This document shows, one piece after another, positions 9,226 through 20,263 of a stretch of DNA of 64,000 nt. The first letter of the stretch is position 1, and every line of letters starts with the position of its first letter. The notes beneath the pieces are model-generated. The model ran no database searches. It saw nothing but the letters and a program-made list of their open reading frames with translations, and was not told where the DNA came from. Source of the DNA: Methylophilus sp. (GTDB lineage Bacteria > Pseudomonadota > Gammaproteobacteria > Burkholderiales > Methylophilaceae). Position numbers and translations under genes: made by a program. The stretch is taken from NCBI GenBank assembly GCA_035423825.1, contig DAOMMM010000001.1, positions 359,516 to 423,515 of the forward strand. The letters run 5' to 3'.

Positions 9226-10875
9226 ATGGCAGCAACAGATACACTCAATAATGTAAATGCTGGAAACATAGGGCTGGCACCGCAGTTGGGAGGCAAGCTG
9301 CTGTTGCTGGCTGGAGCGGCTGCAGTGATTGCTGTGATGGCAGTTTTCTGGATGTGGAGTCAACAGCCGGACTACCGTGTGCTATTTTCTAATTATTCTG
9401 ACAAGGACGGTGGAGCAATTGTCGCGTCACTGGAAAAGATGAATGTGCCTTATAAATTCTCAGACAGTGGCGCTGCGATACTGGTGCCCGCTGCACAAGT
9501 ACATCAGGCGCGTCTGAAGCTTGCCTCGGAAGGTCTACCTAAAGGTGGCAATATTGGCTTTGAGCTTCTTGAGAACCAGAAATTCGGCGTTTCCCAGTTT
9601 GTTGAGCAGGTTAACTTCCAGCGCGCTCTAGAAGGCGAGTTGGAGCGCAGTATCCAGTCAATCGGCGCGGTAGATGTCGCAAGAATCCATTTGGCCATTC
9701 CTAAGCCTACCGTTTTTGTGCGTGATCAACTTAAACCGACGGCATCCGTATTGCTGAATCTACGGGCTGGGCGCACTTTAGATCAGCAGCAAGTCAGTGC
9801 CATCGTGCATTTGGTGGCGAGCAGCGTACCAGATTTGCCGACATCAAATGTTACTGTGGTTGACCAGAACGGCAACTTACTGTCAGACCTTTCTAAAAAG
9901 CCAGGGGTGAACAATCTGGACCCAGACCAGCTTAAATATGTTGAGGAGCTGCAACAAAATATCGCGAAGCGCGTCGAGGCGATTATCGCCCCTATCGTTG
10001 GCGCTAAAAATGTGCATGCCGAAGCCAGTGCGGAAGTCGATTTCTCGACTCAGGAACAAGCCGCTGAAACATATAAGCCAAATCAAAAAACCGAAGAAGC
10101 GGCAATACGTAGCATGCAGGTCAATGAATCCAATAGCAATAATGGTGATGCCGGTGCGACAGGAGTGCCTGGCGCATTAAGCAATCAGCCACCTGCTCCG
10201 GCTACTGCACCTGTGGCGACAACATCCAACGCCACTCCAGATGCAAATACTACGGCGTCCAGCAACATATCGCCGTTCAATACGCAAAAGAATATGACGA
10301 CCAATTTCGAAGTGGATAAAACGGTGCGTTATGTCCAGCAGCCTATGGGTGGCATCAAGCGCCTCACTGTGGCTGTCGTCGTCAATAACATCGAAGTGAC
10401 TGACAAGACGGGCAAGGTCAGCAATCGTCCTCTGACAGAAGCCGAGAAAAAGCAGATCAACGATCTGGCGATGCAGGCAATGGGGTTCAACAAAGAGCGA
10501 GGGGACTCGTTGACTGTCGTCAATAGTTCTTTCGCCGGCGAAAAACCCGAGGTGCTCAAAGAGATTCCTGTCTGGAAGCAGCCAGAAACGATTGAGTATG
10601 GCAAAGATGCTTTGCGCTTCATTGTTGGCATGGTCGTCTTGATGATGTTGTACAAAAAGGTGCTTAAGCCAATGCTAAGCAAATTGGGTCAACCTTTGAC
10701 CTTGCGTGGACCTTCACCATCGCCTGAGCTTGGAAACTCACAACAGCAAGTGATTGAAGCTACACCGTTAAACGGCTATGAACAAAATCTGGGAGCTGCA
10801 AGGCAGATTGCCATGACTAATCCAAAAATGGTAGCGAACGTAGTCGCAGGTTGGACGAATGGGACAGACAAATGA
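9226..10875 (+). CDS. fliF: MS-ring protein
   Basis: YRVLFSNYSDKDGGAIVASL, GFELLENQKFGVSQFVEQVNFQRALEGELERSI. ATG 9226 has a GGAG RBS. Confidence 0.97.
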   Translation: MAATDTLNNVNAGNIGLAPQLGGKLLLLAGAAAVIAVMAVFWMWSQQPDYRVLFSNYSDKDGGAIVASLEKMNVPYKFSDSGAAILVPAAQVHQARLKLASEGLPKGGNIGFELLENQKFGVSQFVEQVNFQRALEGELERSIQSIGAVDVARIHLAIPKPTVFVRDQLKPTASVLLNLRAGRTLDQQQVSAIVHLVASSVPDLPTSNVTVVDQNGNLLSDLSKKPGVNNLDPDQLKYVEELQQNIAKRVEAIIAPIVGAKNVHAEASAEVDFSTQEQAAETYKPNQKTEEAAIRSMQVNESNSNNGDAGATGVPGALSNQPPAPATAPVATTSNATPDANTTASSNISPFNTQKNMTTNFEVDKTVRYVQQPMGGIKRLTVAVVVNNIEVTDKTGKVSNRPLTEAEKKQINDLAMQAMGFNKERGDSLTVVNSSFAGEKPEVLKEIPVWKQPETIEYGKDALRFIVGMVVLMMLYKKVLKPMLSKLGQPLTLRGPSPSPELGNSQQQVIEATPLNGYEQNLGAARQIAMTNPKMVANVVAGWTNGTDK

Positions 10876-11870
10876 GTGATGACGGCATTATGAAAAGTGC
10901 AGTGCTGATGTTGGCACTGGGCGAGAATGAAGCGGCCGAGGTGATGAAATACCTGGGCCCCAAAGAAGTGCAGAAGCTCGGCGCTGCGATGGCGACGCTG
11001 AAATCGGTTGAGCGCGAGCAGGTAGAATCCGTGATTGGGGATTTTCTGGCAGTGACAGAAAAAAACAGCGAGTTTGGCCTGGATTCAGATGAGTACATCC
11101 GGTCTGTGCTGACCAAGGCGCTTGGCAATGACAAGGCATCCAGCGTCTTGGATCGCATTCTGCAGAATCGCGATTCCAGCGGTATCGAAAGTTTGAAATG
11201 GATGGATGCCCAAACAGTGGCAGAGTTGATCATGAACGAACATCCACAGATCATTGCGACTATTCTCGTGCATCTGGATGCAGACCATGCTTCATCGATT
11301 CTTGGCAGTTTCACTGAGAGGTTGCGTCAAGACGTGATGCTGCGGATTGCGACATTGGATGGCGTGCAGCCTTCCGCACTTAAAGAGCTAAACGATGTGT
11401 TAGCCAAGTTATTGTCTGGTAATGAGAATCTGAAAAAACAGTCCATGGGTGGCATCAAGGTGGCTGCCGAGATCATGAATTATATGAGCGGCGATACTGA
11501 GGCTGCTGTGATGGAGGGATTGAAAAGCTACGACGAAGATTTGGCACAGAAGATCATGGATACGATGTTCGTGTTCGATGACATCATCGAAATCGATGAT
11601 AAAGGCATACAGACCATGCTGCGTGAAGTACAGTCTGAGACACTCATCATTGCACTTAAAGGTGCAACAGCAGAAATGCGCGAGAAGATATTCAAGAACA
11701 TGTCTTCACGTGCCGCGGAAACGATGCGTGAAGACCTGGAGAGTAGGGGTCCAGTCAAGCTGTCAGAAGTCGAAGCGCAACAGAAACAAATGCTGCAAGT
11801 GGTGCGTAGACTTGCCGACGAAGGTCAGATCATGATTGGCGGCAAGGGCGGAGACGATCAATATGTCTAA
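10872..11870 (+). CDS. fliG: motor switch protein
   Basis: EHPQIIATIL, MFVFDDI, MSSRAAE; ATG overlaps the fliF stop. Confidence 0.97.
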   Translation: MSDDGIMKSAVLMLALGENEAAEVMKYLGPKEVQKLGAAMATLKSVEREQVESVIGDFLAVTEKNSEFGLDSDEYIRSVLTKALGNDKASSVLDRILQNRDSSGIESLKWMDAQTVAELIMNEHPQIIATILVHLDADHASSILGSFTERLRQDVMLRIATLDGVQPSALKELNDVLAKLLSGNENLKKQSMGGIKVAAEIMNYMSGDTEAAVMEGLKSYDEDLAQKIMDTMFVFDDIIEIDDKGIQTMLREVQSETLIIALKGATAEMREKIFKNMSSRAAETMREDLESRGPVKLSEVEAQQKQMLQVVRRLADEGQIMIGGKGGDDQYV

Positions 11871-12519
11871 TATGTCTGTGCCAAAAGAGCAGCAAACCGC
11901 TTACCAGCGTTGGGAGATGTCTGCGTTTTCCCAACCTGATACGGCAGTGCACAGCAATTCAGCCAAAAAAAAGACACCTGATGCATCTGCTGCAAAAATT
12001 TCTGAAGTGTTTGAAAGCATCCGCAAGGAAGCTTATTCCAAAGGGATGCAAGAAGGCTTTGCGGTAGGTCTGGCCAAAGCTAAAGACTATGCTGAAGATG
12101 ATAGGCAGCGCTTCACAACATTGGCAAATGCCTTTGAAGAAGCGTTGAAACTGAATGATGAAAAAATAGAAGAGAATATATTGGCGCTCGCGTTGGATAT
12201 TGCCAAAGCGATGCTGAAAACCAAATTACAAGTGGATCGTGAGGCGATATTGCCCGTCGTCAAAGAAGCGATGCACTACTTGCCCTATGTGCAAAAGCCA
12301 GCACGGATATTTGTACATCATGAGGATGCGCGCATTTTGCGAGAGCAGCTAGGGGACGAGCTTTCCGAGCAGGTTTGGCTGATTCAAGAGGATAACAACA
12401 TCGAACGTGGCGGATGCGTGGTGGAAACTGGTGCCAACCAGATCGATGCCACCAATGCAACGCGCTGGAAAAGAATCAGCGAAGCCCTGGCGCAGTCTAA
12501 CGACTGGATGCTGCCATGA
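11863..12519 (+). CDS. fliH: export ATPase regulator
   Basis: [39 protein letters not shown]. Confidence 0.92.
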   Translation: MSNMSVPKEQQTAYQRWEMSAFSQPDTAVHSNSAKKKTPDASAAKISEVFESIRKEAYSKGMQEGFAVGLAKAKDYAEDDRQRFTTLANAFEEALKLNDEKIEENILALALDIAKAMLKTKLQVDREAILPVVKEAMHYLPYVQKPARIFVHHEDARILREQLGDELSEQVWLIQEDNNIERGGCVVETGANQIDATNATRWKRISEALAQSNDWMLP

Positions 12520-13922
12520 GTGCGACAGGTGTACATCAGCAGCGTTGGCAAAGTCATATGCGTGATTGCCAGGAGATTCTACGCATCGTCGAACCATTGG
12601 AGATTGCCGGGCGTATCACAAAATTAACAGGATTGGTGATGGAGGCTGCTGGCATCAAATTGCCTGTCGGTTCAGCATGTTACGTACCTCTTGAGGATGG
12701 TCGGCGAGTCGAAGCCGAAGTGGTTGGATTCGATGGTGAAAAACTGTTGCTGATGCCGCAAAGTAGCGTAGATGGTATCGTGCCCGGAGCAAAAGTGTTC
12801 GCAATGAATGTGGCAGATGCCTTGCCAAAGCCTCATCACGACAACCCACCACGACGAAGAGCCTCCGACCGCGCTCGGCATTTGCCAGTAGGGGATGAAC
12901 TGCTGGGTCGTGTTCTCGATGGCGCAGGCAACCCATTGGATGAGCTGGGAAAAATAGTCACCAGCCATAGCGCGCCATTGAGTGCCAGGACCATTAATCC
13001 ATTGATGCGCGCACCCATTGAAGAAGTCCTGGATGTAGGCGTGCGCGCAATTAATGCGATGCTTACCGTAGGTCGTGGTCAACGCATGGGTTTGTTTGCC
13101 GGGTCAGGCGTGGGTAAGAGTGTCCTGCTGGGCATGATGGCACGTTACACAACGGCAGATGTGATTGTCGTAGGCTTGATTGGCGAACGTGGCCGTGAGG
13201 TGCAGGAATTCATCGAACACATTCTCGGCGCAGAAGGCTTGGCACGATCAGTTGTCGTTGCTGCGCCGGCGGATGCGCCTGCATTGCTAAGATTGCAAGG
13301 AGCTAACTACGCAACCACTATTGCAGAATATTTCCGCAGCCAGGGTAAGAATGTGTTGTTGATCATGGATTCGTTGACGCGGTACGCGATGGCACAGCGC
13401 GAGATTGCCTTGGCGATAGGCGAGCCACCGGCCACCAAGGGCTATCCGCCATCAGTGTTCGCCAAACTGCCTGCACTAGTAGAGCGTACGGGTAATGGCA
13501 AACGGGGTGAAGGTTCAATCACAGCATTCTATACCGTGCTTACCGAAGGCGACGACCAGCAGGACCCGATCGCTGATGCCGCGCGTGCGATTTTGGATGG
13601 CCATATCGTATTAAGCCGTAGCTTGGCAGAGAGCGGGCACTATCCAGCTATCGATATCGAGCAGTCTATCAGCAGAGCGATGCACAACATTACCAGCCCG
13701 GAACACCTGAAACTGGCGCTCAAACTTAAGCAGTTGAATGCTAAATATTCCAAGAGTATCGATTTGATCAACGTGGGAGCATATGAGCCAGGCAGTGACC
13801 TGGTATTGGATGAGGCGATCGCGAAGCATGATCAGGTTGCAGCTTTCCTGCAGCAGGATATCAATGAGCGGTCAGATGTGATGCAAAGCATACAACAGCT
13901 TGCAGGCGTACTTTATAGCTGA
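12516..13922 (+). CDS. fliI: flagellar export ATPase
   Basis: Walker A GSGVGKS; GERGREV; [22 protein letters not shown]. Confidence 0.97.
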   Translation: MSATGVHQQRWQSHMRDCQEILRIVEPLEIAGRITKLTGLVMEAAGIKLPVGSACYVPLEDGRRVEAEVVGFDGEKLLLMPQSSVDGIVPGAKVFAMNVADALPKPHHDNPPRRRASDRARHLPVGDELLGRVLDGAGNPLDELGKIVTSHSAPLSARTINPLMRAPIEEVLDVGVRAINAMLTVGRGQRMGLFAGSGVGKSVLLGMMARYTTADVIVVGLIGERGREVQEFIEHILGAEGLARSVVVAAPADAPALLRLQGANYATTIAEYFRSQGKNVLLIMDSLTRYAMAQREIALAIGEPPATKGYPPSVFAKLPALVERTGNGKRGEGSITAFYTVLTEGDDQQDPIADAARAILDGHIVLSRSLAESGHYPAIDIEQSISRAMHNITSPEHLKLALKLKQLNAKYSKSIDLINVGAYEPGSDLVLDEAIAKHDQVAAFLQQDINERSDVMQSIQQLAGVLYS

Positions 13923-13936
13923 TTCGTGAGCAGTGG

Positions 13937-14380
13937 ATGGCGTCATATTCAGTTTTGCACACATTGATCGAGCTTGTCGAAAAGGAGCTTGAACAGGCAG
14001 GCCAGAATTTGGCGCTGGCAAACCGGGCACTCAAGGATGCAGAAGAAAAAGGAAATATGCTGCAAGATTACCGACAGGATTATGTGGGCAATTTGTCTAG
14101 GCTAATGGAAAAAGGGCTGACCATAGAAGCGCATCAGAACTACCAGAACTTTCTGAACAAACTGGAGCAGGCGATTCAAGGCCAAAAAGAAATTATCGTC
14201 TCAACGCGTTATCAGGTAGAGAAGGAACGAGCGATTTGGCAGGAAGCGCAACGCAAGAAGCTTTCATATGAGGTTTTAATGAAGCAAAAACAGAAAAAAG
14301 AGCATTTGCTAGCCTTAAAAAAGGATCAAAAGCTGATGGATGAATATGCGATGCGTGCAAAACGCAATAAACAACATTGA
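13937..14380 (+). CDS. fliJ: export chaperone/stalk
   Basis: LQDYRQDY, YQNFLNKLEQAI, WQEAQRKKLSYEVL, DQKLMDEYA; follows fliI. Confidence 0.92.
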   Translation: MASYSVLHTLIELVEKELEQAGQNLALANRALKDAEEKGNMLQDYRQDYVGNLSRLMEKGLTIEAHQNYQNFLNKLEQAIQGQKEIIVSTRYQVEKERAIWQEAQRKKLSYEVLMKQKQKKEHLLALKKDQKLMDEYAMRAKRNKQH

Positions 14381-15662
14381 ACCAATATATAAACCGGGAC
14401 TAAATATTGTGCAAAACTTACCATTCTTAGTGAATCAAAACTCATCACCCAAGCAAGCAAGCCCTTTGGCGGTTGACCAAAAAGCAGTTGAGCCGAGCGG
14501 TACGTCTTTTAAACAGGTGTTGTCACAGCAGGTTCAGGCTAATGGCAAAGACAAGCCGCATTCTCAAATAAAAACACAAAAACTTCAGGCGCAGACACAT
14601 CAGCCTCAAACCAAGAGTCTCAATTCTGCCAACCAAGATATTCGCAAGGTTGGTTCAGGTAAAGCCGATATTGCCGAGAAGGCAAATCTGGTGATTGATG
14701 CAGAACAGATGCTGATGGAGTCGGAAAAATATAAAAACCTGGTGGAAGAAGCGCAAGCGGAAAACGTCACCATCGATCCAGCGCCGTCTCTATCTGCAAT
14801 GATGATCCAGCAGATGGTCAATGCAGGTTCTATGGTGAAGGAGCCCTCTGCAAAGGGTGATTTTGCTCAGACTTCTTTGGAAGGTTCGATTCAAGGTCTC
14901 GGGTTAGAAAGGTCCGGACAGGTGGACTCGAGCGTTCCCATGACGCTAAAGTCGTTGCCATCGCAGCAGCCTAATGAGACTGATTCTTTTCAGAAGCAGC
15001 TAACTGCTACCAGCGCAGCTTCTGTTGAAGCGGATGGGCAGCAGGTTGCGAATGATGAACGGCTGACGCCTTCCAAATCACCGGAAGGCGCGATGCAGTT
15101 GAGCGAAAAACTGCAAGGCAAACAGGAACAAATGGTTATCAATGCGTCGACAGAACTAGCCATGACTTCATTTATACAAGCATCGCAGAGTGCCCAGCAA
15201 ACAGCTGCAGCTCAGATACAGACGGCCAGCTCGAATGTCATCGATATCTATCCAGGCAAAACGGGATGGGACCAGGCAATCAGCCAGAGAATCGTATGGA
15301 TGGTGGGCGCTGCAGAACAATCTGCGACATTAACGCTCAATCCACCTGACCTTGGGCCATTGCAGGTCGTTATCAATGTCAATAATGAAAAAGCGGATAC
15401 GACATTCATTTCCGAGAATCCTGAAGTCAGGAAAGCATTAGAGGATGGGATTCCAGCATTGCGCGATTTGATGGGTCAGGCCGGTGTACAGTTAGGGCAG
15501 ACGAATGTAAGTTCAGGCAAGGAGCAAGACTTTCAGCAAACTTCTGGGAGCCCCAAAAACCTGCACCCGACAGCAAAAGAGTCCTCAGCAGAGGATGGAA
15601 ATAACCCGGCAGTTTCTAAAGTGATGCGTGCCAAAAATGGCCTGGTAGATACTTTCGCCTGA
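14340..15662 (+). CDS. fliK: hook-length control protein
   Basis: GWDQAISQRIVWM, ATLTLNPPDLGPLQV, VRKALEDGIPALRDLM, GLVDTFA. True start is possibly GTG 14409. Confidence 0.92.
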   Translation: MNMRCVQNAINNIEPIYKPGLNIVQNLPFLVNQNSSPKQASPLAVDQKAVEPSGTSFKQVLSQQVQANGKDKPHSQIKTQKLQAQTHQPQTKSLNSANQDIRKVGSGKADIAEKANLVIDAEQMLMESEKYKNLVEEAQAENVTIDPAPSLSAMMIQQMVNAGSMVKEPSAKGDFAQTSLEGSIQGLGLERSGQVDSSVPMTLKSLPSQQPNETDSFQKQLTATSAASVEADGQQVANDERLTPSKSPEGAMQLSEKLQGKQEQMVINASTELAMTSFIQASQSAQQTAAAQIQTASSNVIDIYPGKTGWDQAISQRIVWMVGAAEQSATLTLNPPDLGPLQVVINVNNEKADTTFISENPEVRKALEDGIPALRDLMGQAGVQLGQTNVSSGKEQDFQQTSGSPKNLHPTAKESSAEDGNNPAVSKVMRAKNGLVDTFA

Positions 15663-15707
15663 TTACGTTCTGACCAATCTGGCCTTGGATTTACGATGTA
15701 TGGCGAT

Positions 15708-15728
15708 TTGTAGGACTGACTCCTACAA
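15708..15728. promoter_or_regulatory. palindromic candidate operator TTGTAGGA-N5-TCCTACAA
   Basis: Perfect 8-bp inverted repeat with no U tract; the same core occurs upstream of flhD (60262-60280). Confidence 0.55.
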
Positions 15729-15863
15729 GATGCTGAAATTGAATGTTTTCTACCCTCCTGTTTCAGGATTTCCATTAGAAATTTTCATGTAAATTAGCTA
15801 CATACGGCTATTAGTTAAAGCTGATAGTTACTTAATTTACCTGAAAGATTATGGGAGAGCATC

Positions 15864-16247
15864 ATGATTGAAAATATCAATATGGATGAGATCATCAATA
15901 GTGAGATGGTGGCAAAAGAGCTGAAAGTCATTTCAACCAACCTGAATAAGATGACGAAAGAATTCAATGAGGCAGAATTCAGATGCCACAAGCTGCGTCA
16001 GTTCCGTCAGGAATATATCGACCGATATAACAGCGAGATGAAACAGTATGTTGATGAAGATGGTCATCGTGGATTCAAAAGTTTTTTTGCAAGGCTGGAT
16101 GTCGTTATCTACGAACAGCAAGAGATTGTGGAAAGCCTGCGACGCCAAATCAAAATCCAGCGTCAGCTATGGCAAGAGTGCAAACAAAAAGAGCTTTCAG
16201 TGCAATGGTTATCTGAGCAGCCTGAAAATTTTGCATTAGTCAGCTAA
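15864..16247 (+). CDS. second, C-terminally shortened FliJ-like protein
   Basis: LRQFRQEY / FKSFFARLDVVIYEQQEIV / WQECKQKELSVQWL align with the fliJ product of this window; GGGAG RBS. Confidence 0.7.
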   Translation: MIENINMDEIINSEMVAKELKVISTNLNKMTKEFNEAEFRCHKLRQFRQEYIDRYNSEMKQYVDEDGHRGFKSFFARLDVVIYEQQEIVESLRRQIKIQRQLWQECKQKELSVQWLSEQPENFALVS

Positions 16248-16271
16248 AGATTTTTACTTTTAAGTCGATAC
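16245..16271 (+). promoter_or_regulatory. sigma28 promoter of the first che operon
   Basis: TAAA-N15-GTCGATAC. Confidence 0.7.
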
Positions 16272-16392
16272 ATCATCGGATATTGCTAAATATAAGAGGT
16301 TTTTCCCTTGCTGTTTAAGTCATTGGCTGCAAGGAGTTTATCTGATAATGGCTCTATTCGTTGATGAACTTTGAGCATAGAAGGGTTAGAAA

Positions 16393-16941
16393 TTGGCTTC
16401 CAAAACAGTCCCAGTCGCAGAGCTCAGAAGCCTATTGGCAGCGGTTTCCGACCATGGGAAGCAGCATCTTATCGAAGTTGAGGCAGACCTGGTACAAACG
16501 GCGTTCTTATTGTCTGAAGCAATTGAAAAACTAGGTGAAAGCTTTATGAAGATCCATGAGGCCGTCACGACACAACAGGCAGAGATCGAATCGTTGCTGT
16601 GCGAAGCAAACCTTCCAGAAAACTATTTTCAGAAAATCACTCAATATCGGGAAAAAATTGCCGATAACGTGAATGCGGCCATTACGGGCCTGCAGTTTCA
16701 AGATATGACAAGTCAGCTTATCACCCGAACAATCAATCGCGTCAATGGATTACAGGATTCATTGGCGGCTTTGGCTTTGCATGGCGAGGAGATGGATCCC
16801 GAGCATGAACATGAAGAGATTGCCCGGCTCCTGGATGCGATGAGCGCAAAGTTGAGTGCGCACAATGATGTCATCAAAGGCAAATTACGCAAATCAGTGA
16901 CACAGCAGGACATGACTTCCGGTGAAGTGGAGTTGTTTTAG
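16393..16941 (+). CDS. helical chemotaxis-associated protein with CheZ-like FQDxTxQ motif
   Basis: GLQFQDMTSQLI resembles CheZ AQDFQDLTGQVI; ends GEVELF; first gene before cheY-cheA. Start codon uncertain. Confidence 0.6.
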   Translation: MASKTVPVAELRSLLAAVSDHGKQHLIEVEADLVQTAFLLSEAIEKLGESFMKIHEAVTTQQAEIESLLCEANLPENYFQKITQYREKIADNVNAAITGLQFQDMTSQLITRTINRVNGLQDSLAALALHGEEMDPEHEHEEIARLLDAMSAKLSAHNDVIKGKLRKSVTQQDMTSGEVELF

Positions 16942-16981
16942 TTGAGACAAAGACTATTTTATTCAAAAGAGAGATAGAAAA

Positions 16982-17347
16982 ATGGCAAAAACAATTTTGG
17001 CGGTGGATGATTCAGGATCTTTAAGACAGATGGTCGCGTTCAGTCTTAAGGCGGCCGGATACGACGTTGTCTCGGCGGTAGATGGTCAAGATGGCTTAAA
17101 CAAAGCCAAAGAGAAAACTGTGGATCTGGTGCTGACCGATCAGAACATGCCCATCATGGACGGGCTCACGCTAATTAAACATCTGCGCGAGCTGGGCAGC
17201 TATCAAAAAGTGCCCATCCTGATGCTGACTACAGAATCAAGCGACGAGATGAAAGCCAAAGGCCGTGCAGCAGGTGCCAACGGCTGGCTGGTAAAACCGT
17301 TCGACCCGAAAAGATTGATTGAAGTTGTACAGAAAGTCATTGGTTAA
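16982..17347 (+). CDS. cheY: CheY-type response regulator (copy 1)
   Basis: ILAVDDS, VLTDQNMP, ILMLTTE, WLVKPF. Confidence 0.9.
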   Translation: MAKTILAVDDSGSLRQMVAFSLKAAGYDVVSAVDGQDGLNKAKEKTVDLVLTDQNMPIMDGLTLIKHLRELGSYQKVPILMLTTESSDEMKAKGRAAGANGWLVKPFDPKRLIEVVQKVIG

Positions 17348-17404
17348 AGCTTCAAGTAGCATTCTTATAAACACATAGAGCATGAACAGGTACGGAGTAC
17401 AACA

Positions 17405-19732
17405 ATGTCTGTCGATATGAGTCAATTTTACGAGGTCTTCTTCGATGAGTCAGAAGAACTCCTGGCAGAAGCCGAGCGCTTATTGCTGCAGCTCGACATC
17501 GAGAACCCTGATGCGGAAGATTTGAATGCGATATTCCGGGCAGCCCATTCCATTAAAGGTGGCGCAGCCACCTTTGGCTTTATGGATATGGCAGAAATCA
17601 CCCACGTGCTGGAGAATCTGCTGGACAAGATCCGCAAGCATGAAATGGTGCTCACCTCAGATCATGTCGATGCGTTCCTTGCTGCCAAGGACGTGCTGAA
17701 AATGGAACTTGACGGTCATCGCCTGGCAACGGATGTAGACCAGGATCAGGTAGCCAATGTGAAAATGACACTTAAATCTCTGGCTGATGCGGGAGGCTTG
17801 GAAATTAAGGCTGTACCGGCAATCGAGGCGCCAGTTCCAGCATCAGAGCCTGCGGTAAATTCATCCCATGCACCACAGACGGATGCTGAAGCAGCACATT
17901 CCTCTGGCTCAACAGTATTTAACATAGCCTTGCCAGAAGTGTCCGAAAAAGACCTGAATAATCTTAAAGAAGAGATTGGCCTGCTTGGGAATGTGGTTGC
18001 AAGCAAGCAGGAAAATGGGCGTTACCTGCTCACACTTACAACAGAAGATTCGACGCAGTCAGATATTGTCTCGATCTGTTCATTTGTTCTGAACCCTAAT
18101 GATTTGGTCATTACAACATCTGCAGCCGCTGCAGTAAAAACAGAGACTGCTGAAGCAGTCCCAGTTCCTGCTAAAGAGATAGCTGAGGCGGATCCAGGAT
18201 ATGGATTTTTTGATGATGCTCCGATTGCAGGCCAGCATACAGATGCAAATGAAAAGGTCAAGGTGGCAGAAGAGGTCGGTTATGGCTTGTTCGCTGCAAA
18301 CGGCAAAGATAAAGAAGAAGAGGGTTATGGCCTGTTCGCCCCATTCACACCACATAAAGATGCGGTCAAAACCGAGCTCATCGGCGATGATACGCCGGTC
18401 AGTGCGGAAGCTAAAGCAGCCTCTGTTTCTGAAGTCAAAGCGTCGCCTGCAGTAACTACTGAAACCAAAGATGCAAATACCGCACCTGCGACAGAGAAGA
18501 AAAATCTCGGCCGCCGCGAAACAGACAAGGCGCCTGCCAGCGCAGAGACAAGCTCCATTCGCGTGGGCGTGGAGAAGGTGGATCAACTCATCAACCTGGT
18601 GGGCGAACTGGTGATTACGCAGGCAATGATCGAGCAACGCGTCAGCAAGCTCGACCCGATTGAAAACGAAGCGTTGATCAACAGCATCAGTCAACTGACA
18701 CGCAACACCCGTGACCTGCAGGAATCGGTCATGTCCATCCGCATGATGCCGATGGATTTCGTGTTCTCACGCTTCCCGCGCATGGTGCGCGATTTAGCTG
18801 CAAAACTAGGTAAGAAGGTGGAACTGGTGACCGTCGGTGCTACCACAGAACTGGATAAAGGCTTGATAGAGCGTATCGTTGATCCGCTGACGCATTTGGT
18901 TCGCAACAGTGTCGACCATGGCATTGAAGTGCCGGAAAAACGCAGGGCTGTGAATAAGTCCGAAACAGGTCGCCTAACACTCACAGCAGCCCATAAAGGC
19001 GGCAGTATCGTCATCGAAGTCACGGACGACGGCGCTGGTTTGAACCGTGACAAGCTTCTTGCCAAGGCGCAAGCCAATGGATTATCTGTCAGCGAAAACA
19101 TGACTGACAGTGAGGTGTTCAACCTGATCTTTGCGCCAGGTTTTTCCACTGCAGAGGTAGTGACCGATGTCTCCGGCCGTGGGGTCGGTATGGATGTCGT
19201 TAAACGTAATATCACAGCGATGGGCGGCTCGGTAGAGATCCGTTCCGCGTTGGGTTTTGGTACCACGATCTCCATCGCATTGCCGTTAACGCTGGCTATC
19301 CTGGATGGCATGTCCGTATCTCTGGGCCAGAACATCTATGTGATCCCGCTCAACCTGATAGTCGAAACCATGCAGCCGAGGATGGAAGATATCAAGACTG
19401 TGACCAACGAAGGTTTGATGGTACATGTGCGCGGCGAATACCTGCCGATCATCCCGCTCTATGCCTTGTTCAAGCAGGATACCGAAATCATGCACCCTAC
19501 CGAAGGCGTATTGCTGATCATTGAGGCAGAGGGTAAAAAGGCAGCCCTTTTCGTGGATGCGCTGGTTGGCCAGCAGCAAGTGGTCATCAAGAGCCTGGAA
19601 ACCAATTTCAGGAAAATCCAAGGTGTTTCGGGGGCGACCATCATGGGCGATGGCTCGGTCGCATTGATCCTCGACGTGCCGACCGTCATCAAAATGGGAC
19701 AAAACAATCTTAAAGAAGGAGTTTACCAATGA
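17405..19732 (+). CDS. cheA: chemotaxis histidine kinase
   Basis: P1 [11 protein letters not shown]; [21 protein letters not shown]; [16 protein letters not shown]; [10 protein letters not shown]; P5. Confidence 0.97.
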   Translation: MSVDMSQFYEVFFDESEELLAEAERLLLQLDIENPDAEDLNAIFRAAHSIKGGAATFGFMDMAEITHVLENLLDKIRKHEMVLTSDHVDAFLAAKDVLKMELDGHRLATDVDQDQVANVKMTLKSLADAGGLEIKAVPAIEAPVPASEPAVNSSHAPQTDAEAAHSSGSTVFNIALPEVSEKDLNNLKEEIGLLGNVVASKQENGRYLLTLTTEDSTQSDIVSICSFVLNPNDLVITTSAAAAVKTETAEAVPVPAKEIAEADPGYGFFDDAPIAGQHTDANEKVKVAEEVGYGLFAANGKDKEEEGYGLFAPFTPHKDAVKTELIGDDTPVSAEAKAASVSEVKASPAVTTETKDANTAPATEKKNLGRRETDKAPASAETSSIRVGVEKVDQLINLVGELVITQAMIEQRVSKLDPIENEALINSISQLTRNTRDLQESVMSIRMMPMDFVFSRFPRMVRDLAAKLGKKVELVTVGATTELDKGLIERIVDPLTHLVRNSVDHGIEVPEKRRAVNKSETGRLTLTAAHKGGSIVIEVTDDGAGLNRDKLLAKAQANGLSVSENMTDSEVFNLIFAPGFSTAEVVTDVSGRGVGMDVVKRNITAMGGSVEIRSALGFGTTISIALPLTLAILDGMSVSLGQNIYVIPLNLIVETMQPRMEDIKTVTNEGLMVHVRGEYLPIIPLYALFKQDTEIMHPTEGVLLIIEAEGKKAALFVDALVGQQQVVIKSLETNFRKIQGVSGATIMGDGSVALILDVPTVIKMGQNNLKEGVYQ

Positions 19733-20235
19733 GTATCAACACTGAAGTGAGCGCAGAAAAAAGTGGCGCAGGCGTCTCGATGAACGCACAGGAATTTCTT
19801 ACTTTCGTCTTGGGTGATGAGTCATATGGTATAGATATCCTGAAAGTGCAGGAGATTCGCGGCTACGATGCAGTCACTAAAATCGCCAATACGCCGGATT
19901 TCATCAAAGGCGTCGTCAATCTGCGAGGGCTGATTGTGCCTATCGTTGATTTGCGCATCAAATTCGGCTTGGGCAAGGTAGTGTATGACGAATTTACTGT
20001 CGTCATTATCCTGAATCTAGGCGGCAGAGTGGTAGGCATCGTGGTGGATGGTGTGTCCGATGTCATGAACCTAAATGATAGCCAAATTCGCACCGTACCG
20101 GATATCGTGGCCAGCATCGATACGAAGTACATCACCGGTCTGGCTACTGTGGACAACAAGATGTTCATCCTGGTCGATATCGAGCAACTGATGAACAGCC
20201 AGGAAATGGAACTACTGGACAGCACCATTCATTAA
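19729..20235 (+). CDS. cheW: coupling protein
   Basis: [30 protein letters not shown]. Confidence 0.96.
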   Translation: MSINTEVSAEKSGAGVSMNAQEFLTFVLGDESYGIDILKVQEIRGYDAVTKIANTPDFIKGVVNLRGLIVPIVDLRIKFGLGKVVYDEFTVVIILNLGGRVVGIVVDGVSDVMNLNDSQIRTVPDIVASIDTKYITGLATVDNKMFILVDIEQLMNSQEMELLDSTIH

Positions 20236-20263
20236 TTCTATAAAAAATATCAAGGATATCAAC

